A stretch of 64,000 nt of DNA from Chrysomallon squamiferum (GCA_012295275.1 CM022678.1:12028001-12092000), one strand, 5' to 3'. Shown: positions 1 to 13,505, counted from the stretch's first letter. Notes: generated by a model from the letters alone, not told the origin. Program-made: numbers and translations.

Positions 1-3000
1 GGTTTGTGGTTGTGACCAAGTACTGCATTTGAAAACTGGTTACCACTAGCTGGTCACATTGAAGATCATGAATAGCTACATAAATTCATTGTTTTACTGT
101 TGATTAGAGATTGACAATAAACCACATTTTTTTGGGGGGGGGTTTATAAATAAAATGAATTCCGATGGATATGATAAATAACAGTACATAATTACCTCTA
201 CAGTAAAGATTACAATTTACAAACCTAAGCAACCTAGGATCTGAGACTTGAAGTTCCACTGACTTGAAATAGTAGACTTGATGTGGTAGACAACAAGTAA
301 TTGTACACTTTGATTCAGGTAGTAGAAATATCATCCTGAATGAAACAATTCCAGTGAAAGTCTGTCTCGTGTATCATTGATGTAACTGTGGCAGTCAGAT
401 TTCTACATATTTCTTAATAAGTGATTTAAAAAAAGACTATTTCAATGAACAATAGTATAATATGATGCTACTTTATATTTTCAATTAAGTTGATGCATAA
501 TATAGATAAGAAAGTTTTGAAGCAGTAAATTAATATTAGCCTAACAGCAAAAAGTCAACAGGCCTTAATCTGAATCCTTCATACAAAAGAATTATTGGGT
601 CAAGAAACTTGTTTTTGCTGGCATTATCCATGTTTATAGATGTTAAATAAATAAATTAACTTGCTCTGTCTGTATGTATGTATATTTAATGTGTGTATGT
701 TAGTGCATGCCTCTGGTTGAAGTATCTATGTGAAACAACCGGACATCATTGATTTTAATGTTATATTTATTTTGTTGCTGTTTCAGTGTTTTATTAAAAG
801 ATATTTTAAATAATTTTAAATGTTTAGACAAATAATTTTAAATTTCTTTCTTTCTGTATAAATTATTTTCCTTTCACCATCTTCTTACAATAGTTACAGG
901 TATTCTTGACATGTAACTATTCAAGAATTTAAAACAATACAATTTCTTCATGTTATTATTATTTTACTTTATTGTAATAAAAATTATTATTCTGATTAAT
1001 ATTAGTATTAATATTAGTAAAACTATTTTTTTCAAGAATCTAAATCAAATACAACAAGTTGTAACAAAAAGGGCAGTACCTGATGTAAATGAAGATTTTA
1101 TAACAGAGCTGGGATCCTTCCTCCAGTTTGTTCAGATTGTAGTCAGCCAATGTTTCACCAGAGATCTTCACAGTCTGGTAGACTTGTAGTGTCTCACACC
1201 AGAGAACTGTGTGAAATAACAAAAATATGTGAAATACTGAAATTTAAAAGACAATCACATTTAGCCGTCATCACAGAAGCCATAGAACAAATGTTTATAA
1301 TAATAACAATAATAAAATAAAAATAACAATAATGATGATTAAAACAGATAAATAAATTATATTAATAATAATAATGATGACAGTAAGAAGAAAAACAATA
1401 AACTGAAATCATAAATAAATAAATAATCCATTTAATGAAGGACCCTGTCTAATAATAAAGGTTTTGCATGATTTTATCTTTTCATTTTTCATTATTTTCC
1501 CAAATCCTTGACAATTTTAAGCTACTTAATTATTGCATAAATACAATAAATTCCTTACAAATGTTACAGAGAAATAAAACTTATGCTACATACCATCACA
1601 TCACATCACCAATAGCAGATCAAAATGCTGAAGAAGGATTTCCACTTTCAGCAAGATTTCCACTTTCAGCAGTCAGTTTCTGAAATACTGAACATAGAAA
1701 AAACTGAGTTGTGTAAGCATATAACAAAATACATGCATAAAAATACAGTAAATGGTTACAGTTAAAAACTTTTATCTAATTATATATTTCTCTACATTAA
1801 ATATTTAAATAAACCTTTTTAACAATAAAAAAAATGTCCTGACTATAAGACAATTATCTCTCTATTATTTGAAATTTTAGAGATCATACATTACTTTACT
1901 TTTCATATTAAAGAAACACAGACAAGGAAATTGTAATGCTGTGTAAATGAATAAATATTCATATTATTTAATATATCAATACATTTTCTTTGTGGAAATT
2001 TCTTACACATCCCCAGTTGGAAATCAAGTTCAGATTATTTGCATATAATGGATGCATCATGAATATACATAACTATAATGTAAAATAAATCAGTTTTTAA
2101 AAAACTATTTTAATTATCAAGTTATGAACTAAACGAAGTTATCTAAAAAACTGAATATAACAATATCTAAAAATATCTAGTAAAAAAATACCTTTCTGAC
2201 AAGTCTAGTAAAAATACCTCATCAAGCAGCTTGAGGACTTTGTAAGCTACTTAAACACTGCAAACTCTGATCAGACTGTGTGAATGTACACTCTGATCTG
2301 CATCTACAATGATAAGCCCTGTTTCTGCAGTCAGAACCACACATAACAATAACAACCCATTCTTCCAGTTAAAGGACACAACTGATTCATACTGATTCAC
2401 AAGTGAGTCTTCTGATTCCTCACTGATCAGAGAGTCAAGTGGAAAGCTTTCCCTGCAGCACAATGTATTCATTCTTCCTAAGACCAATCACTTGATCAAG
2501 ATGAATCTAACATGGTCAGTTTGTTTCGACATCCACAGACAGTGATGTGAAACACCATTAGTAAACATGGGATTTGTTCATTTACACACACAACAATGTC
2601 AGACTCAGTCTGCTAATACAAAGACTCCTGGAAGAAGTTTATTCAATAAAATACTATTAAAAATATGTTTTGTTGTTGTGTTTGTATGTCCAAGTCTGTG
2701 CTCATTAAGATTTTTAGGACATTGTATAAATACTTTAGTACAATCTATTACCACTACTGTCTTCTGATCAAAGTGTTTTCTGAATTCTAGAGGAACAGTT
2801 TTTTTTAGGATTAATGTAAAATGGTATATGTCCTTTACCCTCACCTTCACCTTGACCGTGACCTACATGACCTAGTTAAATTGGTGTTAGTGGAGTATCA
2901 GACACTGAAATGAACTTACTGGTTCATCTGGTGTTGAGACTCAGAGAAACAGTGGCTTCCAGTTATCTCCCCTTGACTGGAAATACATCAGCTGTGGTGG

Positions 3001-5325
3001 GTGATGTTCGAGGAGGTTTCCTAGGCTTTGTTGGAGATGTTGTCCTCTTTCTGGGAGTCTCGTCTCTTTCCTCTGCTTTTCAATAATTTAAGTGTTTTTC
3101 TTTGGCTGGTTTTAGCAGGGCTGACATTAAAGGTTAAAGTTTTTCTCCATCACTGACATTCGACTGTTGAGATTGGTCACCTGGTGTAACACTCTTCAAC
3201 TTCATGGCTGTCAGAATCGTTGTAGTTCATCATGGTCGGCGGCAGTGTCTGTGTGGCTCAAGGTCACCAAAACTGAGCTGATCATCAGCAAAACTTTGAC
3301 ACAACATTAACCAAGAAAGTGGACAACTCACTAGTCTGATTCTGATTCTGATTCTGATTATCTGAGCAGATAAATAAATAAATAAACAAATCAATCAATC
3401 AATCAAATATTGAATCTGATATTAAATAAGTAAACAAACAAATCAAATATTAAATAAACAAACAAGCAATATTAAATATTAAATAAAAGTATTAATCAGT
3501 TTTCTTTCTTTTCCACCAATTCTACAAAGAAATCTATTATTTTATTCTGTTATTGTTATAATTACTACAACAAAAACAACTACTACTTTTATCATAGTAA
3601 TTTCTCTTTTAACCGTCCTATACTCATACTCCCTCTATTATACTACTGTTGCAACAACAAAACTACTATCAGTATTGCTACTACTACAACTAGTACTAAC
3701 ACTACAGTCTGACTATGAGTCACACAATGACAAAGCATGATTGGCTAAAATTTCACCTACAAACAAGAATTATTAAGTCCTAATGCTATAACAATTACAC
3801 TACTAAAACAATGGGGTTGTACTACTATTACTGCTATTACTATAACAACAACAACAACCTCTGCAGATGCTCCTGTTTCTGCCAGGTTAGTACAGATTCT
3901 TTGATGACATTTCTGTCCTGTGGTGAGCTCACAGAAGTAGTTCTTCATGTGTAACCAGCAGTGGCTGAAAAACACCAGTCTTTTATTTATTTATTCATTT
4001 ATTTATTTATTTGCAGATATATAAAATATTTCTCTTTCTGACAGATACATATATTTTTTCTTGGAAATTACTAAAATACTAAATTCTTAGAATCATCAAA
4101 TTATAGTAAATACTAAGGCAAAATTAATTTTTGAATTTTCAAATTAAAATAAAATAAAGCAGATTGTATTCTGGCAAGTTCAAAACAAAACAAGAAATGG
4201 TTTTTTATTATGTCAAATATACTACAAATATAAGCTAAAGAGAAATGAAACAATGCTTATGGAAGTGTGGAAATATGGAAGAATACTAAGTCATCAAGCT
4301 ATTTGTATACTACAATTACTTTACTTATTATTACAGTGTGTCCCTGCTCTAATCTGCTTTTATTATTCTTATTATTGAGAACATATTAACAATACAAAAA
4401 ATGAAAAGAATGGAAGTTGATATTTGAACAGATAAATTAATGTGTGAGTTTGTCATACCAGTTTTTTGTGTGTCCCATTCTGATGTTAAGGTAACAACAC
4501 TTGTCAATTTTGTGGTACGTGTCTGAAAAAGTAAAAACAAAGAATGTGCCTGACAAATGTACATGGTAAAAAGTCTAGTGTGTGTTTACAAGATTCTAAT
4601 GTAATTTGTGTGTATGTGCATGTCTACCTACTGATATATTATTAACAAACTGCAACTTCCTGCATTAAATTAAATTAAACTTAATTATGTTTAGACCAAT
4701 GAGAAATATTTAAATAAAAACCACTCAAATTAAAAACAACGCAGCAGTACAAACTTTTATTGAAGCAGACTATAATAGTGTCTGATGGAAGTTCACTGGA
4801 TGCGTTAAAAGTTATAGAAAATTTTAAAACTGCTTGTTCAATATTCTGCATGTAAAGACTGAGGTCTCATTACATTATATGATAAATTATACAAAACATG
4901 CACTCCAAATATCATTCTCCTTCTCCCTGACTCTACATTCCTTAACCCTTTCTCTTTCTCTCATATATTAATGCTTCTTTATCTGCAATCATCATAATCC
5001 TTCGCCTTCTTTTCAGCTATCATTTAATAATCAAAGTAGAAAAATGAATACTTTAACTATACCTCAGCTTTAACTGAAATATAATTTACCATATATTTTC
5101 CAAAATATAAAATGAAGAAAAGTAAATCAACTTTAACAGTGTCAGACTAACTCAGTTTAATAAAAACTAAAATGATTTCAAATTTTAATATTTAACAAGA
5201 TAATAAATATAAATAAATAAATAAACAAAAACAGCATACCTGATGGCCGGGACAGCACATTCTACTGAAACAACTTCACTGGCATATGTCAACATTAGCG
5301 CATCAATTAGAGCTACATGTACATT
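1..5325 (-). pseudogene. Decayed intron-containing CAMSAP/Patronin-like gene (N-terminal/CH-domain region); runs off the window start
   Basis: Minus-strand exons with AG/GT ends at 5240-5325 (NVHVALIDALMLTYASEVVSVECAVPAIR, resembling CAMSAP HxAxxDALMMAYxxExxSxE), about 3860-3965, about 1604-1680 (DLL..CD, cf. CAMSAP DL..D..DG), 1080-1206 (LADYNLNKLEE, cf. LADSLYNL), 196-335 and 1-75. The last three join in compatible phases. The exon at 1604-1680 has stops in all frames and coding-like stretches at 2200-3330 are broken. Family call is from recalled motifs only. Confidence 0.5.
2660..2815 (-). mobile_element. PIF/Harbinger DDE transposase fragment
   Basis: ORF 2605-2850 contains LKKTVPLEFRKHFDQKTVVVIDCTKVFIQCPKNL, followed after a frameshift by AQTWTYKHNN. 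This matches the Harbinger IIDCTEVFIERP...AQTWSNYKHHNT signature. Confidence 0.75.
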
Positions 5326-6155
5326 CTAAGAGAAAAAAGAAATAAAATAATAATAAAAATAATAACTAAGCAGTTATAAATAAATAACTAATACTCCTGT
5401 TATTATGAAAATTTAAATGTAACTTTATTATTCAGACAAAGTGGGCTGTGGGATATCTTCAATATCAAATCAGGAGAGTGAATCATGTTTTTTACAAAAT
5501 GATAATACAAGAGAGAGAGAGATCTAAGACATTATTTTTCAAAATAATTATCACTCAGTTAAATTCAACAATGAGGATTGGCTGAGGGTAGGTTTACAGT
5601 TAGATTTAAGACTGATTAATATTTATTGATAGATAAAAGAAGTCTGTTTTAGGAATTTAGTTTTTACAAATAAAGCTATTATAATTCTTACTAGATTCAA
5701 AATAATTGTTAATTTCAGTACACATTTTATTGTATTTTATCATTATTTCTCTATTGTTTCAGTTATGTACTACTACTACTACTACTACTACTAGTACTAT
5801 TTAATATATATTGACAAAAGGAACAGTTCAGTGTTAATTCAATAAATGTATTTGTAAATATCCTACACTTCAGATTATTTTTGCAAATTAGGTTAGGATT
5901 TTATATTTATTTTATTTTATTTTATTATTTTTTTTAATATATTTATTTATTCAAAAGTAGCAAATTATTTATGCATATCTTTGTATAGATCAGGTTTAGG
6001 ACCTGGTAATACATACGAAAGTTACAGCTGACTGGTTTCTTTTGATAGAAAAGAAAAAGAGAAGACCTGAATGTTAAACTTTGTTTGCTTAAAACATGAT
6101 CATGTTATTTCAAACATATTTTAATTGTTATCTTCTTCTTCTTCTTCTTATGATG

Positions 6156-6156
<1 letters not shown>

Positions 6157-6224
<68 letters not shown>

Positions 6225-6445
6225 GTTTCCTTTTAAATTAACAAAGAAATAAATGTTAATAAAAGTTACAGTAGCGTACTACTGCTACTACTGCTACTAC
6301 TACTACTACTACTACTAATAATAATAATAATGGTAATAATAATAGTAACAACAACAATTATAATAAAGCCACTCAGTAAACTAATTCAACTCATTCTATA
6401 ATCACATATTAAGCTGTGCATGATGAAGCAGCAAATAGACAGACA

Positions 6446-6537
<92 letters not shown>

Positions 6538-6790
6538 GAAAAAGAAAAGAAAAACAGAAAAGGTAGTAATAGCAATTTTCTACTAGCGGATGGTAGCTGA
6601 TATTTAAGGTCTTTGTTATAAAGTTAAAAACGGATATCTATGAGACTGTTTTTCAATAGATACATTTCTCTTCTGTATACTAGGCATAGATAATCTTAAT
6701 AAAGTAATAATGTTTATATGTATATAATCTTATTATTATTATTATTAAGATCGTGAAGTCTGTATATAGCACCTATAAACTAGAAAAAAG

Positions 6791-6832
<42 letters not shown>
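6157..6832. repeat. Microsatellite cluster: (ATT)n, (ACT)n, (CT)n, (GT)n
   Basis: Directly visible: (ATT)n about 6157-6223, (CT)n about 6448-6534, (GT)n about 6793-6832. Similar tracts occur throughout the window. Confidence 0.95.
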
Positions 6833-6834
<2 letters not shown>

Positions 6835-7490
6835 GTAATTATAATAAGTAAATAAACTTAACAAACAAAGTTTTGAAATTTTAGAATTAAGATAATTAGC
6901 TATGGCCAACTTAGTGTAACAAACAAACAAAGTTTTTAAATGTGTCAGTCTAGGCTGGCTTCTCTTGCTCATTGAATTCGATGTTTTCATTGACATCTGC
7001 AGTAATCTAATAATTTGTAATCTTTGCACAGTCCGGTGGGCCCTTTTGTGAAATGGAGCTTACTGAACCTTGAAATTCTGACCTTGTTTTGAGAAGTGTT
7101 TGACAGAGTTAGGGTTAGTTTTTTTCTCACTTGTTGACAAATTTGTAATCTGTGTCATTAAAGGCGTATATGTTTCACACACACACAAACACACACGTGA
7201 TATGCGTTAATGTGGCTGTATACAATGTATCTATGTGTGTGTATGTGTACGCGTATGTGTATGTTGCGTGTTGTATGTGTATGTGTGTTTGTATGTTTAT
7301 GGGTGTGTAGGTGTGTAACTTAAAACATCTTCCTTTTCGCTCGAGTATTTTATTCATCGTGATTAATGATATATCTAGTTTATTACTGAAACTTTAAACA
7401 AATATAAATACATAGTATAGTACTAATACTCTCTCTGACAGAAAAGAATATATTTTATTCACCGAGATTTGTAAAACAGTTATAAACACA

Positions 7491-7531
<41 letters not shown>

Positions 7532-7592
7532 GATGACGGATACATTTTATTTACACAATGATTTATTCGTTATACAATAATACAAAACAGTA

Positions 7593-7630
<38 letters not shown>

Positions 7631-7863
7631 ACAACACACATAATTAGAAAGAAAAGAAAGAAAGGAAGACTAAACATAATAATAAATAGAATAAAATATA
7701 TAACCGACGGCTTGGAAAATAAGATGAGTTTTTTAGACGTCATGGGTATTCATTTGAAGGTCACTGTAACTTCAAGTTGACGTCACACTTATACAATGCA
7801 CTGCAGTGTAATTTATTTTGGTTCCGGTTTAATAAACTGATTTTATTTTGTTTTACTTTTTTT

Positions 7864-7935
<72 letters not shown>

Positions 7936-9040
7936 GTTATAAGATTAACTGCCTTTGCTGTTATAGGGAATTATGTTCACGAATAAAGAGCTACCAAACA
8001 AACACACACACACACACACGCACACACACACAGAGACACACAGACAAACACACAATATACGTAAGAAAAAGTTTCGTTCTTTCTTTTCTTAGGTGAAAGG
8101 GTCTCTTTATATATATTTTATTATTTTTAAGGTTAGCATTTATAAAGACTGAGCGAGATAAGTATAAGTACATAAATTACATTCAGAAATATTAATATTT
8201 TTACATACTGTTGACTATTAGATCGGGAAATAAATATGGTTAAATTCATATTAAAATATGTTAGATCGGGAAATTAGTTTAATACTGACATAAATTATGT
8301 TGAAACGTGACCAACTGCACGTTTGTGTTGTATTTGTTTAATTGAAATGTATTTTATTTCTTTACTTAACAAGTCGATTTATCTGCATCATCTTTCAATG
8401 TGTATGGTCTCCTGAATAAATCTGTCATTACAAAACACTCGTAACTTGTTTTATGGTTCACACCAGCAAACAAACAACGTATTAGGTTTCGCTTCAGTAA
8501 ACAAATAAAATGTTATCTGAACCAGTTTCAAAATAGGTTATGCGGTGAATGGAGACTTGAAAAGCTATATAAATGAAGAAAAAAAGAAAGAAAGGTAGAA
8601 GCAGAAAAAGAAAAAATTCCTTTGTTCGTCAGTGAAATAAAATCTTATCTTTATGTCCTTACAGTGGCCATATTCAAGATATTTTTCTTTTACTCTCCCC
8701 ACCCCTAGACGCTCTTAACTTAGAAAAGGTCGGATATTTCACTTTGTCATTTCGACCTTTTCTTTCCAGGAAAAAAATATGTGTGCATAAATTTTACCCA
8801 GTAAAGAAAAGGTCGAAATGACAAATATATATATAACAAAACAAAACAAAACACAATGCCTTTGTAACAAAAAAACAGAAAGTAACTGCAACGTGTTAAA
8901 ATAATTTACGTTTATTTTTGTAAATTTATTAACGAAGCTGTAGATAAACAGAAGGCGAATCAGCTGCACATTATCATCACATTTCACATAATAATTAATA
9001 TCGGGAAAGAGAGAAAGAGAGAGAGAGAGTTATAAAAATA

Positions 9041-9347
9041 GTACAATTACAATAATACTTGTTTGCGTATATTTGTGATAATTTATTATTTTTATTCATA
9101 TCTCTCTTGTGTGCACCTGAATGAATCTGACATATATAAACTAATTAATTAAATATATTATAATATATAGTACATATTTCATTAATTGACCAATCTAAAC
9201 ATACTATTTGTTTGTATGCGTGAAACAGAGAGGAGTTCTTAAGTGTTTGACAATGTCAGGTTCATTGAAGTGACACAAGAGAGATATGATTAAAAATAAA
9301 ATAACATCACAAATATACGCAAACTATCAGTATAATTGTAATTTGTA
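9041..9347. repeat. Fold-back inverted repeat (arms about 93 bp, spacer about 120 bp), MITE-like
   Basis: 9041-9133 (gtttgcgtatatttgtgat...catatctctcttgtgt...ctgacat) is an imperfect reverse complement of 9253-9347 (atgtcag...acacaagagagatatg...atcacaaatatacgcaaac). Confidence 0.8.
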
Positions 9348-9471
9348 AACTTAATAATTTTATCTTGCAAACTAATTCTGGATATATATCTATATATGAT
9401 TATATTATGTATGTATGTATGTATGTTTGTTCAGAAAACGAAACAAAGGTAGATAATATATAGAGGGAAAA

Positions 9472-9510
<39 letters not shown>

Positions 9511-9869
9511 GCGTACGTGACCAAAAACATGCGCTATCTTTGTGCTATTTTTCATTGTTTTTCATTGCTATTCATTATTTATATATCTTACAAAAAAAAA
9601 AAAAAAAAACATCGATTTCCGCCTGTATATAACTATATAAGTTTATACCAGATCTATTTTGGGTGTAGAAGTATTATCTTTCTCTCATCTCCAACAAACC
9701 TGTAAAGTGGGTTTTACTTTATGACAAGATGAAAAAAATGTGAAGGTTTTATTCAGGGACGCTATTCTTATTTATTCCTGAACAAAAGTCGAACACTCCA
9801 TTATATCATTTTGACCTTTACTTTCCTCTCCTGCTCTTATACATAGATTCACGTTTATTCATATTATAA

Positions 9870-9976
<107 letters not shown>

Positions 9977-10249
9977 TATATATTATTTTAAAAATATATA
10001 TCAAATTAAAAATTATAATTAAATGTAAAGCCATTGTAACAAACAATTATGGTAATTGCCGAATGTGTTAAATTAAAATGCTTAGAAAATAAGTGTTACA
10101 TACATTATTACTATATGTGTGACAGGCAATGACCAGCATTTCCTAAATTAATTGAGTGCACAAACTATGTTAAGGTAGTTAGTACTTTTCCAGCAGTTTA
10201 CTTTACCAGAAGAATTTAAAATTTTCACGATTATATATTAACAAAAGAA

Positions 10250-10435
10250 ACAAACGTTTTATAGAAAACTTCAAAGCTCCTACCCCTTCTTTCTTTACGA
10301 ATTGGTATCTTCCGCTCAGTAAGTGTCGTCTGTAAAAACCGGGCTTCCCTACTGCAAGAGTAAATTGACATTGTAGACGAACAAACGGAGAAATTTGTTC
10401 CTCTTAAAATTTTCATTTCTCAAGACTAAGTAAGT
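10250..10435 (+). promoter_or_regulatory. Probable non-coding first exon of the RING-NHL gene, with splice donor GTAAGT at 10430
   Basis: Consensus donor at 10430-10435. The ATG at 11078 lies 2 nt after an acceptor (ttcacAG, 11074-11075), so an upstream UTR exon is expected. The start coordinate is approximate. Confidence 0.45.
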
Positions 10436-11018
10436 CAAATTTATTATTATTATTATTATTGTTATTGTTATTATTATTATTATTCGTGTTCTAAGATATT
10501 TAAAAATATCATTTTCAAAGTCAATTCCACGATTACATTGTCGTGCGAGATATGTGTTTTTCAAGAAAAGTAGCTCGTCACATTGCGAGAAACGATTTCT
10601 GTTCTAGTGATCTGCTTAATTAACTTGCAGCATTCGTGTTACTCACATATGTTTAGTGTGTTGAAGGGTTTTTGTGATTTTTTCTTTGCTTCATACCATT
10701 TATTACAGCTGACCTCCTTTATTATATTAATCTTGTCTGCCAGCAATTTCCAAGAGGCTGTCGTCTTCCTTCTCATATTAAGAGTGACGTCACAAGGTTA
10801 AATTTAGCAAGTTCGTAATGCACTTTTATTTTACAAATACGACTAAGTAAATAAACAGTTTATTTAGTGTATTTATAATATATTTATAATTTATAATAAA
10901 CAGTGTTACATTCGCAAGTTTATATATTTATCATTTCATTTTATGTATTTCTATATACCATTGGTTGTATGACTTAAATGGAATTAATATGTAATTTTAC
11001 CTCCAGTAGGTTGTTTTC

Positions 11019-11072
<54 letters not shown>

Positions 11073-11077
11073 CAGAT

Positions 11078-11615
11078 ATGGCAACAGCTTCAAACTCCGA
11101 TGATAACATTTCGTGTTCTCTGTGTTTGAAATTTTTTGACAAACCAAGAGTTTTTTCATGTGGACATTCGTTCTGCTTGAAATGCCTGCAGAATTACATC
11201 AGCACAAATTACAACAACAACGACACAGAAATAAGCTGCCCGTTCTGCAGGCAGAATGTCCACATTCCAGACAGCACGAAACCAGTGGAAACATGGGCAG
11301 CTCAGTTCTCTATAAACAAGTCACTGGTGGACGCCATTAACAAAATAGAACATTCAAAGTTTTGTGAGTCAGCAGTGTTGTGTTTAGATTCATAATTACA
11401 ATAAAATAATAATAAAAAAAAAATGACAGTGATCATTTAACTAAAAATATTTGACGTGTATTAACCATTGCAGCATAAAGAAATAGAGGACATTTTATTT
11501 ATAACATTTTTCTATTCAGATTTTACATTTCGTAAATAAAATAAATTCTGTAACTCTTCATATTGTATGCATGTCTTTATTAATAGCATTAGTACTAATT
11601 ACTAATTCTATTATT

Positions 11616-11646
<31 letters not shown>

Positions 11647-13145
11647 CAGCTAAAAAGGGAGGCAACATTTCAATTCTGAGTTCTGTTTCTGAGAGTCTCA
11701 AATCCTTTAAGGAAATTCTTCAGACAGAGATGGATGATAAGATTGAGCAACTTCGCCAAGCCGTCAACATCACCGTCGTGGACACCACAGAAGAGGTCAG
11801 AAGGATTGGTAACACACTAATCATAGATTTCACAGCCGCAGTCCACAAAGAACAAGACAGGTTAATAAGAGAAATAGAAAAATCTCAAAACTTTGTAAAC
11901 TCAGAAATAGGAAAATTGTTTAGTGAACACAAACATCTGATTGATGAAAATGAAAAGTTTATAAAACTTGGTGAACATTTGATAAAAGAAAAATCAGAGT
12001 CAGACATGAAAAAAAACCTTCCAAAATTCACCGAACTTCAAAACACAACTTCAAAGTTTCTGTCAAATTCTCTTTCACAAATAGAAAAAGCAGAATTCAA
12101 AATAAATCTCAGAAAATCTGATAAAAAGAAAGAAATGTCTGTGCACATTGGAGAAATCACCACAAACATCCACACAGACACACAGATAGACAGAGTGACA
12201 GACACACTCAAACACACAGACACCATTAACACAGAAACACAACACACAGTCACACAGATAGACAAACAGACAGACACACTCAAACACACAGACACCATTA
12301 ACACAGAAACACAACACACAGTCACACAGATAGACAAACAGACAGACACACTCAAACACACAGACACCATTAACACAAAAACACAAAACGATAAAACAAA
12401 TCCTGTTGTGTCTTCCATCCTGGTGTCAAGTCAGGACAAGAGTAAAATTGTTGTTAGTGATGGAAACAATGAATGTGTAAAATGTTTTTGTTTAGAAAGA
12501 AAATCACTGATAAACAAACACGTGACTTCCACTAGTCCATACGGTCTTGCTGAGTCACGTGATCAGCAGGGTGATGTTGTTGTTGTCCTTGCTCTGCCAG
12601 ATGAAAATAAAATATTGTTTTTAAATTTGGAAAACTTCAAACTGATAAAAACAATTACAACTGGTAAACAGTATAAGTTTATCGCTGTGTTACCTGGCAA
12701 CCGTTTCGCGGTCACTGAGTACTACAGTCAGTGCTTGGACATACTGACAGCCAGTGGTCAGCTGATTAATTCTATCTCAACAGATTTGATCCCCAGTCCG
12801 TACAGATTCACAGTTCACGATCAATATCTGATTGTTGTGTCACAGAGAGAAAATGAAAACAGTTTATTTTGTGTGACGTCATCAGGTGACGTCAAATGGA
12901 AGTCACGTGATTCAGACAAACTGAGAGTCTTGAGAGGTATTACATGTGACAGGGAGGGAAACATTTTTGTTTGTGATTTACACAGAAAGTGTGTTGTTCA
13001 GTTCTCACGCGATGGTAACATTACACGTGACATCCTCACTGACCAGGATGGACTGTCCGAACCTTGGTGTGTCTGTTGTGATGACAACAAACTGTACGTG
13101 GAAGATAACGACGAAATAAAAATATTTACGTGGTGTAAAAAGTAA
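11078..13145 (+). CDS. TRIM-like RING E3 ligase: C3HC4 RING + coiled coil + Thr/His-rich repeat linker + NHL-like beta-propeller; exons 11078-11363 and 11650-13145, predicted 593 aa
   Basis: RING CSLC...CGHSFCLKC...CPFCR. Donor GTGAGT at 11364 and acceptor tttcAG at 11649 join in phase 1 (T+CT = Ser). Helical E/K/L-rich segment follows. C-terminal NHL-like repeats: IVVSDGNNECVK, PYGLA, LRGITCDREGNIFVCDLHRKCVVQF, PWCVCCDDNKLYV. Stop at 13143-13145; AATAAA at about 13594. Confidence 0.9.
12171..12386 (+). repeat. Coding 72-bp (24-aa) tandem repeat, about 3 copies
   Basis: acagacacactcaaa recurs at 12198, 12270 and 12342; the unit encodes TDTLKHTDTINTETQHTVTQIDKQ. Confidence 0.95.
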
Positions 13146-13415
13146 ACTTCAAACTGTCTGCTAAGTTAGTTTCACTGAACTGTTTTGAAAGTCCACAGAT
13201 ATTTCTTTCTGATAAATAAACAAAAAATCAATTATTTATTTATTATAAAGTAATTGATTTAGTTAATTTGTTTACTTTCTTTATTTTTACTTTTAAATAT
13301 GTTATTTATTTATTATGAATTACTTTATCGTTTAAACTTGTTAAATTACAAAATAGATTTCACTTTAAAAAAGACTCTGATTTACTTTTGAAATTTTTAC
13401 CAAGTTTTGTCACTT

Positions 13416-13505
<90 letters not shown>

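Noticed and set aside
11571-11649. Hydrophobic N-terminus (signal or TM) of the 524-aa ORF
   Set aside because: It is translated intron sequence upstream of the acceptor at 11649.
12038-12418. Antisense Cys/Val-rich ORFs
   Set aside because: Shadow frames of the CA-rich coding repeat.
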